A stretch of 58,098 bases of DNA from positions 62,001 through 120,098 of the IMG/VR virus record IMGVR_UViG_3300033143_005075. The stretch is one strand, 5' to 3'. Positions within the stretch are counted from its first letter, which is position 1. The number at the start of each line of letters is the position of its first letter. Both the position numbers and the translations under genes were made by a program. Below the pieces are notes generated by a model, which was given only the letters and a program-made list of their open reading frames with translations, made no database searches and was not told the origin of the DNA. The stretch is from an uncultured virus (IMG/VR IMGVR_UViG_3300033143_005075). Its lineage: Duplodnaviria; Heunggongvirae; Uroviricota; Caudoviricetes. Below, piece by piece: positions 18,345-27,800 of this stretch.

Positions 18345-20756
18345 TTATACCACGACGATGGCTATTTTTACCTTGTTTCCAGGATCTACAGGATCGACAG
18401 CATCCACGTTCACGCCCAGGATATCACCAGGTACAACAGTTATAATATCTGGTGTATCACTGATATCAGACAGAGATCCAGAGATGATTTGTGGTCGTTT
18501 ATCCTGGTCGGTAAAGATTGTTGTGTCATTTAGGTCAATATCGATATCCAGATTCCCACCTACTGGTCCCTTAGCTGTAGCTCTTACCAGAGAGATATCT
18601 CCAGAGAAGGCAACTTCCGCCTCCTGGATTGCCGTGCCTGACACGGCATCACCAGGAATGAAGAAGCTATATACCTGAGAGTGCTTGTCTGAGTCAGCAG
18701 AATGCGTATTGACATCACCACTGACGGTATCTATGTAAGCAGCATTTGTTGCAATGCTTGCGACGTTTGCTGTAATACCTGCAGTATTATCATCGAGGTA
18801 AGTTTGGGCATCGCCTATTGAACTAAATCCTTCTGTATCTCTACTAGAGAAATCAGTCTGCGCGAAGTCCCACCATTTCATATTATCCATCTGGCCGTAA
18901 AAACCTGTATACCCACCAGTATCTGTTCCAATATACATTGTCCCAGCAGTCATGTCCTCATCGACCCATGCTGTATTATCTGAGCCGACTTCTACACCAT
19001 TCAGATAGATTCTACGTTTCTTTGTGCTATGTGTGCGATCCCATACGAATGCAATATGTGCTAACTCACCATCAGCAATATCTAATCCAGGAAGTTCACC
19101 AGACCATGCATATGATCCACCAGCATCATTAAGATTCCAATAAATACCACCGCCACTTCCTTGGAATCTAAAATGTTGCTCATATGCACTGTTCCAATAC
19201 CACAGAAACTTCGGTGGACCACCGGCATCATATGCACCATTAACGATATTAAATCCAACAGGCCTGATCCACATCTCGATACAACCTTGTGCATGATCAA
19301 ACGAAGGAGATACTGTTGGAAATGATATGTCTTTTGCCTCATCCACCACTGTAGTTCTAGCACCATTGTCAAACTTTCCAGTTTCGTATGCAACTGTCGC
19401 AGTCAGAGTTGTAGTAGGACCGACCTCCGGACTGGTGATCTCTCCGGGAGTACCCATCTTACTCCAGTAATTTAATGTGCTTGGAGGACTTCCCTGTATG
19501 GTGACAGGAAGGTCACCTGCATCTGCCTCGGAATATGCTCCGGTTCCGTCCCCCAGGAGAACACCGCTAACTGAATCTTCAGCATCACTAATAGATCCGA
19601 TCTCAGTTGCTACATGTCCACTTATCTGGTCAGCACTCCATAAATCAGTATCAGCATATTCTGAATCATTGATCTCTCTGTGAAGCTCGCTACTGGCGAG
19701 ATGATTAGCAACAGTGGCGAATCCTTCTATGTCTTTTCCTGAGAAATCAGTTTGTGCAAAATCCCACCATTTCATATTATCCATCTGGCCTTCGAGAATA
19801 CGAGTTCCACCAGTGGCGCTTCCTATAGTCATCGTAGCGCCAGTCATGTCCTCATCACTCCACTGGTCATTGTTTGATCCAACTTCAATTCCATTCAGGT
19901 AAACTCTACGTTTCTTGGTGAGGTGTGTGCGATCCCAGACTAATGCAATATGAGCAAGTTCACCATCAGCAATATCTAATCCAGGAAGTTCATCATCCCA
20001 ATGAGTTTGACCGGCAGCAGAATTGGTTTGCCAACCGATGCCAATCACGCCGAATTTAAAATAGTGCACATAGTTATGTGGTGCTGGACTCATCCACTGC
20101 CATAAATACTTGCCTTCGCCATCGCCGGCATCATTAATACCATTAACAATATTGTATCCTACGGGACGGATCCACATTTCAATACAGCCTTGTGCAAAAT
20201 CGAAAGATGGAGATATAGTAGGGAACGATATGGGTTTTTCCTCATCTGCTACTGTACCCCGCACGCCATTATCAAACTTGCCAGTTTCGTATACAACTGT
20301 CGCGTCCAATGTCGTAACCGGGCCAACCACTGGATTGGTAATCTCTATAGTAGACCCCATCTTGCTCCAGTAGTTTAATGTGTCTGGAAGAGAAGAGATC
20401 TCGGCGGCATCATAGTCTCCGCTTACTGCTTCAATAATACCTTGTCGACCGAATATACTGGTGATCTGATCGGTATGATCCCACTTGGTCCAGACAGAAC
20501 CATTGAATGCAGCAGAGTCGCCCGCTACCCAGTCTGTGATTCCGTCTAAGTTCGTGCTACCACCGACATTCACGTAGTAGACATCTCCCTTGGTACCAGC
20601 ACCACTAGCTAGTGCTGGAGTGTTGGTAGTAGCGTCCCAGGTGGATACATAGTTATATGCAGTTGATGCAATGCCAGATATGGCATCATCGACATAGCCC
20701 TTTGTGGCTATGCCGAAAATAGTATTATTGACTTTGTGACCTATAATGCTGCCCAT
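18345..20756 (-). CDS. Tail fibre/receptor-binding protein with two LamG-like domains
   Basis: Fibre N-terminal motifs ATKGYVD and TWDATTNTP...GDVYYV...W..GD, and TSIFGRQG. Two ~220 aa LamG-like units (CIEMWIRP, AHIA.VWD, YLNG.EV, QMDNMKWW). Confidence 0.82.
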   Translation of the reverse strand: MGSIIGHKVNNTIFGIATKGYVDDAISGIASTAYNYVSTWDATTNTPALASGAGTKGDVYYVNVGGSTNLDGITDWVAGDSAAFNGSVWTKWDHTDQITSIFGRQGIIEAVSGDYDAAEISSLPDTLNYWSKMGSTIEITNPVVGPVTTLDATVVYETGKFDNGVRGTVADEEKPISFPTISPSFDFAQGCIEMWIRPVGYNIVNGINDAGDGEGKYLWQWMSPAPHNYVHYFKFGVIGIGWQTNSAAGQTHWDDELPGLDIADGELAHIALVWDRTHLTKKRRVYLNGIEVGSNNDQWSDEDMTGATMTIGSATGGTRILEGQMDNMKWWDFAQTDFSGKDIEGFATVANHLASSELHREINDSEYADTDLWSADQISGHVATEIGSISDAEDSVSGVLLGDGTGAYSEADAGDLPVTIQGSPPSTLNYWSKMGTPGEITSPEVGPTTTLTATVAYETGKFDNGARTTVVDEAKDISFPTVSPSFDHAQGCIEMWIRPVGFNIVNGAYDAGGPPKFLWYWNSAYEQHFRFQGSGGGIYWNLNDAGGSYAWSGELPGLDIADGELAHIAFVWDRTHSTKKRRIYLNGVEVGSDNTAWVDEDMTAGTMYIGTDTGGYTGFYGQMDNMKWWDFAQTDFSSRDTEGFSSIGDAQTYLDDNTAGITANVASIATNAAYIDTVSGDVNTHSADSDKHSQVYSFFIPGDAVSGTAIQEAEVAFSGDISLVRATAKGPVGGNLDIDIDLNDTTIFTDQDKRPQIISGSLSDISDTPDIITVVPGDILGVNVDAVDPVDPGNKVKIAIVVV

Positions 20757-20768
20757 GTCAAGCTCCTG

Positions 20769-21014
20769 TTAACTCACGAATTCCCAGGGCCACACAATCT
20801 GTGTGTTGGCATCTGGGTATGTGAATCTCTTTCTCGCAATATGTCCCCCGAGTTCAGCATCGATCTGGGTTGTATTGCCACCACTGCTGGTGATAGTAAG
20901 CTTGGGATCAAAAGCGGTCAAAATATCGCCTTCACCACTATTAGCATTGCCGCTATTTGACTTGAAGAACCTTCTCAGTTCTTCCATATCTGTAGGATTA
21001 TCGAGTGGTGCCAT
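20769..21014 (-). CDS. Hypothetical protein (81 aa)
   Basis: AAGGAG RBS, first gene after a strong promoter. Confidence 0.7.
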   Translation of the reverse strand: MAPLDNPTDMEELRRFFKSNSGNANSGEGDILTAFDPKLTITSSGGNTTQIDAELGGHIARKRFTYPDANTQIVWPWEFVS

Positions 21015-21040
21015 ATGTATGCTCCTTGTTTAGCTAATAT

Positions 21041-21069
21041 ATTATATCATATCTATTTAGGGGCGTCAA
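21041..21069 (-). promoter_or_regulatory. Near-consensus sigma70/sigmaA promoter with extended -10
   Basis: Minus strand reads TTGACG-cccctaaatagatatga (17 nt)-TATAAT with TGn before the -10; AAGGAG RBS at 21022-21027. Confidence 0.85.
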
Positions 21070-21070
21070 C

Positions 21071-21367
21071 TTACTCGTGATTCTTGTCCAGAATCGCCTG
21101 TATTTTGACATCTGTGGCCGCAGATTGTGATACAAGCTTATTTACAGCCTGTTCTGTGCGGTCATTGCTCATTCTAGTATCATGGATCTCAGTCTTGATC
21201 TCTTCAAGCTTAGATAAGATCTTATCTGAATCGCCATTGCCGTTCTTCTTCCCCTTTAGCCAATCGAAGATGATCTTGAGTAGGATGCCGGTTCCAAGAC
21301 TACCGCCGGCAAGACCACTTATGCCGAGTATATTACCGAGTCCATTTGTTGTTGCTGGGTCTGGCAT
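21071..21367 (-). CDS. Small membrane protein (N-terminal TM plus coiled coil), holin-like
   Basis: ILGISGLAGGSLGTGILLKIIFDWL followed by heptad-like repeats. Start moved to ATG 21367, which has an AGGAG RBS. Confidence 0.55.
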   Translation of the reverse strand: MPDPATTNGLGNILGISGLAGGSLGTGILLKIIFDWLKGKKNGNGDSDKILSKLEEIKTEIHDTRMSNDRTEQAVNKLVSQSAATDVKIQAILDKNHE

Positions 21368-21368
21368 A

Positions 21369-21842
21369 TTATTCTCCTGAGAAGTCCGCGGCAAAGTCTT
21401 TTACTAGCTGCCTATCTGATAGATCAGTGATCTGCTGATAAAATTGAATGATTTTGTCCCGTATTGTTTTGCGCTGTGTTAGAAGTGTTGTATACTGTGT
21501 TGGTGTCAACGTGGTTGCAATACTGAGCTCTAATTCTTCGCGATGACGGTCGACTTTCCATTGTGTCTTCTGCATAATATGTATACCAGCTTTGAATACA
21601 CGATCTTTCATGCGTTGTTTCAGGTTATCCATTGGATCGCGTTCATCTTCTGTTCGCTCAACGATAGCAGATCCATTCCATTTAAGACGAGGATTCGTAT
21701 TCTTATCACGCAGGTTCAAGTTAAAATGTCTGCCGCCATTTGAGTTAACTTCTATCTCTCCACCAGATGGTTTCCTGAATGCATCTGAGAAACTATCGAT
21801 TACCAAGTCATCATTATCAACAACAATATAATGTTTAGCCAT
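21369..21842 (-). CDS. Tail fibre assembly chaperone-like protein (XkdW-like)
   Basis: LKWNGSAIVERTEDE and KTQWKVDRHREELELSIATTLT..QY..LL..RK.IRD pattern; follows a fibre gene. Confidence 0.6.
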   Translation of the reverse strand: MAKHYIVVDNDDLVIDSFSDAFRKPSGGEIEVNSNGGRHFNLNLRDKNTNPRLKWNGSAIVERTEDERDPMDNLKQRMKDRVFKAGIHIMQKTQWKVDRHREELELSIATTLTPTQYTTLLTQRKTIRDKIIQFYQQITDLSDRQLVKDFAADFSGE

Positions 21843-21853
21843 TTCATTTCTCC

Positions 21854-22837
21854 TTATAATTCAGCATCAGCAGTGAAATGAGCATAAATTTGATCATCAG
21901 CATCCCCACCGGTATGTGCTGTAATAGAAAAACCACTACTTCCAGCAACTATAAATCCATATGGAGTATCCTGGTTATCAATACCATTACGAGCCTGACC
22001 AAGAGTGCCGGATGCTGGTGCATAAATCTTGATTGTCGTACCTCCTGGTTTTTTACTAACTTTATAAGAAACTTCAATTGACCAATGCCCATTTGTTGTT
22101 CCGATAGTACCGACTGCACCAGCAGCTCCAACATCAGTTGCAAATTTATCCATCTCATAACTCTTTTCGTAATATCGCTGACAAGCTAGTAACTCTTCTC
22201 CGAATGTTCTTGGCTGATAGTCAAGCAATTCACCTTCGTTTAATTGTGCTTGTGCAAATCTAATACTCCCAGAAGTTGTAGCGAACTCTATCAGAATTTC
22301 AAGGTAATCATCACCGCCCGATATTGTCTTTCCAGATACACTTGGAACATCGAATGTGCATGTATGGTATGTCCAGGCGTTAATCGTCGCGACACTTGAT
22401 TGTATGACTGTCGTGTCTGCGGAGCTACCTCCACTACCGTAATTCTGCACCAACTTTAACGTATAGTTAATAGCACCATATGTTCGTATCCAGAAACCCA
22501 AAGACGCAGTTTGACCGGCAAGTGTCAGCACACCTTCTACTCGTTGAGCTATTTTACCATCCTCACCATCTAAGGACAAACGTAGATAATGCTTCGGTTC
22601 GTTTGGGACATCTGTCTGCCCGTTAGTAAAATCCTGCCGCGACATATACTCACCACTGGTACCTCCGCTCACTAACCAGCGGTCAGCAAGATAGACCAGA
22701 CTGGTCGTCAAGACCTTACTCGTCTCTCTCTGCCAAACATCAAAGTTGCTATTAATTAGCAAATTCTTTGGTCCTATGTTATCGATTAGAGCCTTGTTTT
22801 TGAGAATATCGTTCAGGATTTCTCCTTTATTAAACAT
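21854..22837 (-). CDS. Phage tail fibre/carbohydrate-binding-like protein
   Basis: Motifs KNLLINSNFDVWQR, ADRW, QRVEG, AQAQLNEG and EELLACQRYYEK. Start moved to ATG 22837 (AGGAGG RBS, overlaps upstream stop). Confidence 0.8.
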   Translation of the reverse strand: MFNKGEILNDILKNKALIDNIGPKNLLINSNFDVWQRETSKVLTTSLVYLADRWLVSGGTSGEYMSRQDFTNGQTDVPNEPKHYLRLSLDGEDGKIAQRVEGVLTLAGQTASLGFWIRTYGAINYTLKLVQNYGSGGSSADTTVIQSSVATINAWTYHTCTFDVPSVSGKTISGGDDYLEILIEFATTSGSIRFAQAQLNEGELLDYQPRTFGEELLACQRYYEKSYEMDKFATDVGAAGAVGTIGTTNGHWSIEVSYKVSKKPGGTTIKIYAPASGTLGQARNGIDNQDTPYGFIVAGSSGFSITAHTGGDADDQIYAHFTADAEL

Positions 22838-23258
22838 GTCTTGCCTCCTGTACAGGTCTTCCAATATAAGTAATCTCGGAGCCCCATGCTGTTTCTTTCT
22901 TTTCAGTCATCACTAGATGACTGAAACGCATAACTCTTTTTGCACCATGCTCTGTTGGTGGAATCATAATGATCCTACTAAATCTGTCTCTCTTGGTGAA
23001 GAAGTCGTAGTCCCGACTTCTTCTGGTGTACCAGATCTGAATCTCGTGATGTTCATTATCATATACATGAGTCCGAACCCCACGAATTCCAAAGCAGTCT
23101 TTAGGTCTGCCTGTGTTCGTAGGGTAAAATATGAGTATTGGCATGTTCTTGCTGGAGATTCCGACTTTGTCTTCGTTGTCAGAGAGAGCAGTCTTGAACT
23201 CATTTGTGCCAAAGATGTATTGGAAGATCTTCTTCCATTGTTCTAATATATTGATCAT
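22830..23258 (-). CDS. Hypothetical protein (142 aa)
   Basis: GAGGGAG RBS; fills the operon slot. Confidence 0.6.
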   Translation of the reverse strand: MINILEQWKKIFQYIFGTNEFKTALSDNEDKVGISSKNMPILIFYPTNTGRPKDCFGIRGVRTHVYDNEHHEIQIWYTRRSRDYDFFTKRDRFSRIIMIPPTEHGAKRVMRFSHLVMTEKKETAWGSEITYIGRPVQEARHV

Positions 23259-23289
23259 TTACAGTTGTGCTCCCTCAGATAGTTATCTG

Positions 23290-24576
23290 TTATAATTTGT
23301 ATCTCATTTGTTTGTCAGTCAAGAGATCTGCTTTCTTAAGACTGAGTGGCATCTCATACTGAATACCTTTGTCCTTGTTAACTAGCATCAATGTCTGTTG
23401 TGGTTCTGAGACTGAGAACAGAGCTCCCAGACTGTACTCATTCCCACCAATGATAGAAGGATTAACAAATACCTTACCTTGTGTACGGTTGATAAGCCCG
23501 CCGGAATGGAAGTGTCCCAAACATATATGATCGAAAGGCTTTTCTCGCTGAGTTTGTAGGATCTCAACCAGTTTCTTCGTTGCTCTCTCGATGCCATACC
23601 AAGGGATTCCGGCCCATCCACGAATGTTATCACCATGTAGGATAAGGAATCTCTGGCCTTGGACATCTACAATTCTGAAGATCGAATGGTTGAATGAAGT
23701 GGTTACATTCTCTTGTCCTCTCAGATCCTTCTCGAGAGCTCTGTACATGACATAGTCCCAATTGACATATGCTTGTTTGTATGACTTCTTCTTTGTCATC
23801 CGTCCATGATTTCCAGGAACTCCAGTAATACTTATTTCGTACTTACTAGCAAGCTCACATGTAGCTTGTGCAAGTAGACTAGACCCCATGAAGGTACAAT
23901 CAACGATGTTAGGATTATTTGTCTCTCTTAATTCATCATGGATGTTTCCGCTTGCCATATCTCCTAGCATGAAGATATGAAGCTTCTTTACCTTGAACGG
24001 ATCCAGATTCTCAAAGACATTGTCTACGAGATATTGGATACGCTTCGCGGCAACTGTCATGTTATATTCATTGATTCCGCACATCTCTTCCATATCTACA
24101 ACTTCACCAAAGTGTGAATCAGAGAGTAATAGAATCGCTTCACCATCCAACTTACCCTTTATCATTGGAGGCTTCGGAACTGTCTTAATAATAGGCAACA
24201 TTCCAATGGCATCAGTTACCTTTCGTACAAGAACTGCTTCGAGAGTCTTGGCTTTGTCAATCTTCAGGACTCTCTTAGTAAGATTATCAACTGTCGAACG
24301 GAGTGCTCGATTCTCTTCTTCCAGTTCTTGTGGTACTCCTCCTGTCTTTGGTCTTGTCCCGATGACATTACCGTCTCTGTCAAACTGCAACCATCTTGAG
24401 AGATAGCTAGTTAGTTTTCTAGAGTTGCCAACGATTTTGTGTGCAGTCGTGACACTAAAATCGAACCTCGTAGCAACTTCTGCGAGGTTCGGAGCACGCC
24501 TCAGGGCCTTTGCCAGTGCAATCAGTTGTGTCTTATATGCACTGATATCTTTAGGATGTTCTTGTTTGTGTCCCAT
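23290..24576 (-). CDS. Calcineurin-like metallophosphoesterase (Mre11/DNA-pol small-subunit-like) with N-terminal HTH-like and coiled-coil region
   Basis: All five metal-binding motifs are present: LSDSHFG, LGDM, PGNHGR, LHGD and GHFH. Confidence 0.88.
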   Translation of the reverse strand: MGHKQEHPKDISAYKTQLIALAKALRRAPNLAEVATRFDFSVTTAHKIVGNSRKLTSYLSRWLQFDRDGNVIGTRPKTGGVPQELEEENRALRSTVDNLTKRVLKIDKAKTLEAVLVRKVTDAIGMLPIIKTVPKPPMIKGKLDGEAILLLSDSHFGEVVDMEEMCGINEYNMTVAAKRIQYLVDNVFENLDPFKVKKLHIFMLGDMASGNIHDELRETNNPNIVDCTFMGSSLLAQATCELASKYEISITGVPGNHGRMTKKKSYKQAYVNWDYVMYRALEKDLRGQENVTTSFNHSIFRIVDVQGQRFLILHGDNIRGWAGIPWYGIERATKKLVEILQTQREKPFDHICLGHFHSGGLINRTQGKVFVNPSIIGGNEYSLGALFSVSEPQQTLMLVNKDKGIQYEMPLSLKKADLLTDKQMRYKL

Positions 24577-24612
24577 TCGGTATCCTTAGAAATAGATTGG
24601 TGTATCTGTGTT

Positions 24613-24858
24613 CTATTTCTTTTTGAGTTCGCGTGCAGTATCAGTGATCGTGTGTCCGGTAATCAGTGTGATTCCCATTGTCGTAACTACGGGCACCATC
24701 TTTATGATGATTGCCTTAGTTGCAGGATCTGTGACCAGCTGGGAAACCAGAATTGTTACTGCATCGATAACAATAGTTCCGATACCAACCATTAATTTAA
24801 ATTTCTTCCACCATGGCTTTGCTTTGGATACTTCTACTTTGGTTGTTTCGTCTGGCAT
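24613..24858 (-). CDS. Two-TM small membrane protein, holin-like
   Basis: KPWWKK followed by two hydrophobic segments and a basic C-terminus; AGGAGG RBS. Confidence 0.6.
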   Translation of the reverse strand: MPDETTKVEVSKAKPWWKKFKLMVGIGTIVIDAVTILVSQLVTDPATKAIIIKMVPVVTTMGITLITGHTITDTARELKKK

Positions 24859-24869
24859 CTTCTATCCTC

Positions 24870-27800
24870 CTATAGATCTTGACGTCCATATGGACGAATT
24901 GGGGCTACTGGTTCTCTTAGTGTAAACCAGTTGATATTATAATCTCCTGGAACTCCGACGATCCTGAGTTGATCACCGTTTCCAGAAGTTGCTCTCTGTA
25001 TGCTGGTTGCGACGCCGCTAGGGACGGAATCATCCAACTCGTAGTGCTGTGCTAGAGTTATGCGGTTGATATCGAGGTCATCTACTTCACTGACATAGCC
25101 TGATTGTTCGTAGGTAGCATCAGCAATCGTTAGTGCGCTATTCCCGCGAGCCATTAGCATTGAGTCTGGGAATATAGCATAGTTAATGTAATGTGGCGTA
25201 GGATAACCACTTATGTCATTGTCATGAATCCTGGCGCTGATACCTATGAGCTCACCACTTGTACCAAGGGATTCTTGGTATGCGGTGAGTGCTTTATCAT
25301 TCTCCCAATCATCATGATAGATATTAGATAGGAGGATTGCTGGATATGTAACGTCTCCATCGTACATTTTGTCAGAGAAGTTAATCGGCAGGATCTGTGA
25401 TGTATCAGCATCATAACCGGCTTTGATCGTACCATATTCGATCATATCTGTTTCAGCGATTGCTAACCACCTGAAACCTTGCAACGTGTCAGTAGCAGCA
25501 ATGTATCCCTCGGTATTTCTGTCCGAGAAATCAAGCTTCTGATAATCCCAGAACTTATAATTATCAAGAACACCTTCCCACCACACATTCCCACCTTCAT
25601 TACCATACCCGACACGAAATTCTCGTGTCGAAGAATCAGTCGCAGCTGCCCATGCAACATTGCGTGAAGCTACTTCTATGCCATTGAAGAATACTCGCTG
25701 TTTCTTCGTGGCATGGCTCCTGTCCCAAGTAAACGCAAGATGAGCCCAAGTACCATCTGGGATATCAATAGCAGCAATGACTGATATCCACTGATCCGCG
25801 GCGCCATTAAGCCATTCCAGCCCATTAGTTGTATGAAATCTAACATAAACATAGTGACCGCCTGAACCAGGAACCTTCCACTCAAAGATTGAATATGCAC
25901 CATTAGGTCCACCAACAGACTTCGAATCTACGATACTAAATCCAACAGGCTTAACCCATACCTCAAAACATCCTAAATCAGTATTGAATGCAGGATACGG
26001 TAGAGCATGATATACACCATTAAAAACCGATCCAGCATAATCCATTCCCACTCCCCTCCCAAACTTTCCTACAGGGAAGGTCGGTGAATTTAAAATAGTA
26101 CCGGGGGGACCAACTTCAGGATTAGTTATTGATGCAACATCCTCAGTTTTACTCCAGAGAGATAATGTACTGGGTAGGCGTTTGTCCGTTGAGATATGTA
26201 TTGTGCACTGATTGTTACTGATGTATTCGATAGCTGGTACTGGGTCTACAGGATCTGCAGGATAGACACCAATGGGCTGAATGAATACTGCATAATCAGG
26301 TACTCCAATATCATGTCTTAGGATGATCCTTTCATTCGACCAGTCCTCTCCATAAATCCTTGTCTTCCAAATAATACCAGTCTTAATCCGTGGGCGCAAG
26401 ACTGGATGGAAATCTCTTTCGTCAGACAATAGAGCAATCTTTGATGTAGTATCCTTTGCTGCTATGAATACATATAGAGGAACGAAGTCATCCCAAGAAC
26501 CTTGACCATTGATCATCTTATATGATTCCCACCCGAGTGGGCTTAGTGCTTCCCATCTCTCAGTGGATTCATATTTCTGACCCCTGGTATCGATCTTAAG
26601 TGTGGACTTGTTGACTCCCATCCAGATCAATTGATAATCACCATTATCCCATGTGCTCATATTCAAACTATATGGTGATGTCATGTCTGGGACGTCTACA
26701 AACACTCCATTGATCAGTACACGGCCGCCACTGATCTCCATAGATGCAATATGACTCGTAGCTTCCTTAGCTAGGTTAGGCATTCCAGACAGTGAGAGAG
26801 TAAAGTCTGCTTGATCTTGGACATCAAATCCATAGAGAGGTCTGTCCTTTGTCCATAGAACGTTTGCTCCAAGACTCTTATTCTGTGCAGGCAATGCCAT
26901 CGTTGGCTTAATGCTACCTGACAGAGTGGTCTGGCCAGACAGGATCTCTACTGCGGCAAGAGGGGCATACCCATCTCCTGCCTCAGGTACGACTGGAAGA
27001 CCATATGATCCGGAGACAACATCTACGGTACCGTCTTTCGCAGTACGGATTATGTCGAATCTGGTATCTGTATCAGCAGCAGGAACAGTAATGATAGTAG
27101 GTTCTGTTCGTACCAATGCACCATCAACGATCGCGTCCATTGCTTTAACATATGCCTTCATGGTGTCATCACGGAAGTCGAACATGAATCGATCATGTTC
27201 GAACTGTACGACACCATTTGTGAGGCCTTTTCTGGCTTCTTCATCACGCCGACCAACTCTTAGGTCAACGATCTGATTATCTGGTAGCACCGTGGTAGCA
27301 CCACTGGTGCCGAAGTGGTCGAACTCATCGTTCTCTGGTCTGATGACTACTTCATAGAGGGGCTCATCTGTGGTCGCAATGATATTAGTAGTGGTCTCAG
27401 AAAGTTCATCCTCAGGAGTGCCCTTACGAATGAGTACTCGATCATTGTTGGATGTGCCTTGTTTGAGGACAACCACATCACGTCTGTACTGAAAGTATAC
27501 ATAGTAGAATGTGACAGCTGCGGGATTAGCAGAGAAGTTGGTGATCTCACCTGTCTCAGGATCGAAATCGAAATCACCATCATTCCATGTATAGTTGACT
27601 TTAGCTGGGCTGGTTCCGGTTGTACCAATAATAGTTCTTGCTACTGGACCGGCGCCCAGATCTGGAGTAACAGCGTTGCCCTTAATATGATGGTGATCTA
27701 GAGTACATGAGCCAGTGGATGCATTTTGAAGTTCACCACCTGTCCAATCATTAGTATCATCACTTGCAGTCATATTACCAACGATGTCTTCATCAATAGA

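Noticed and set aside
18825..20384. Duplicated LamG units as a DGR template/variable repeat pair (an Mtd_N domain is also nearby)
   Set aside because: Differences involve all bases and include indels rather than being adenine-specific. Both copies are coding and no reverse transcriptase is present in the window.
25503..26171. LamG inserts as inteins
   Set aside because: No terminal His-Asn, no Hint-block or homing endonuclease motifs.
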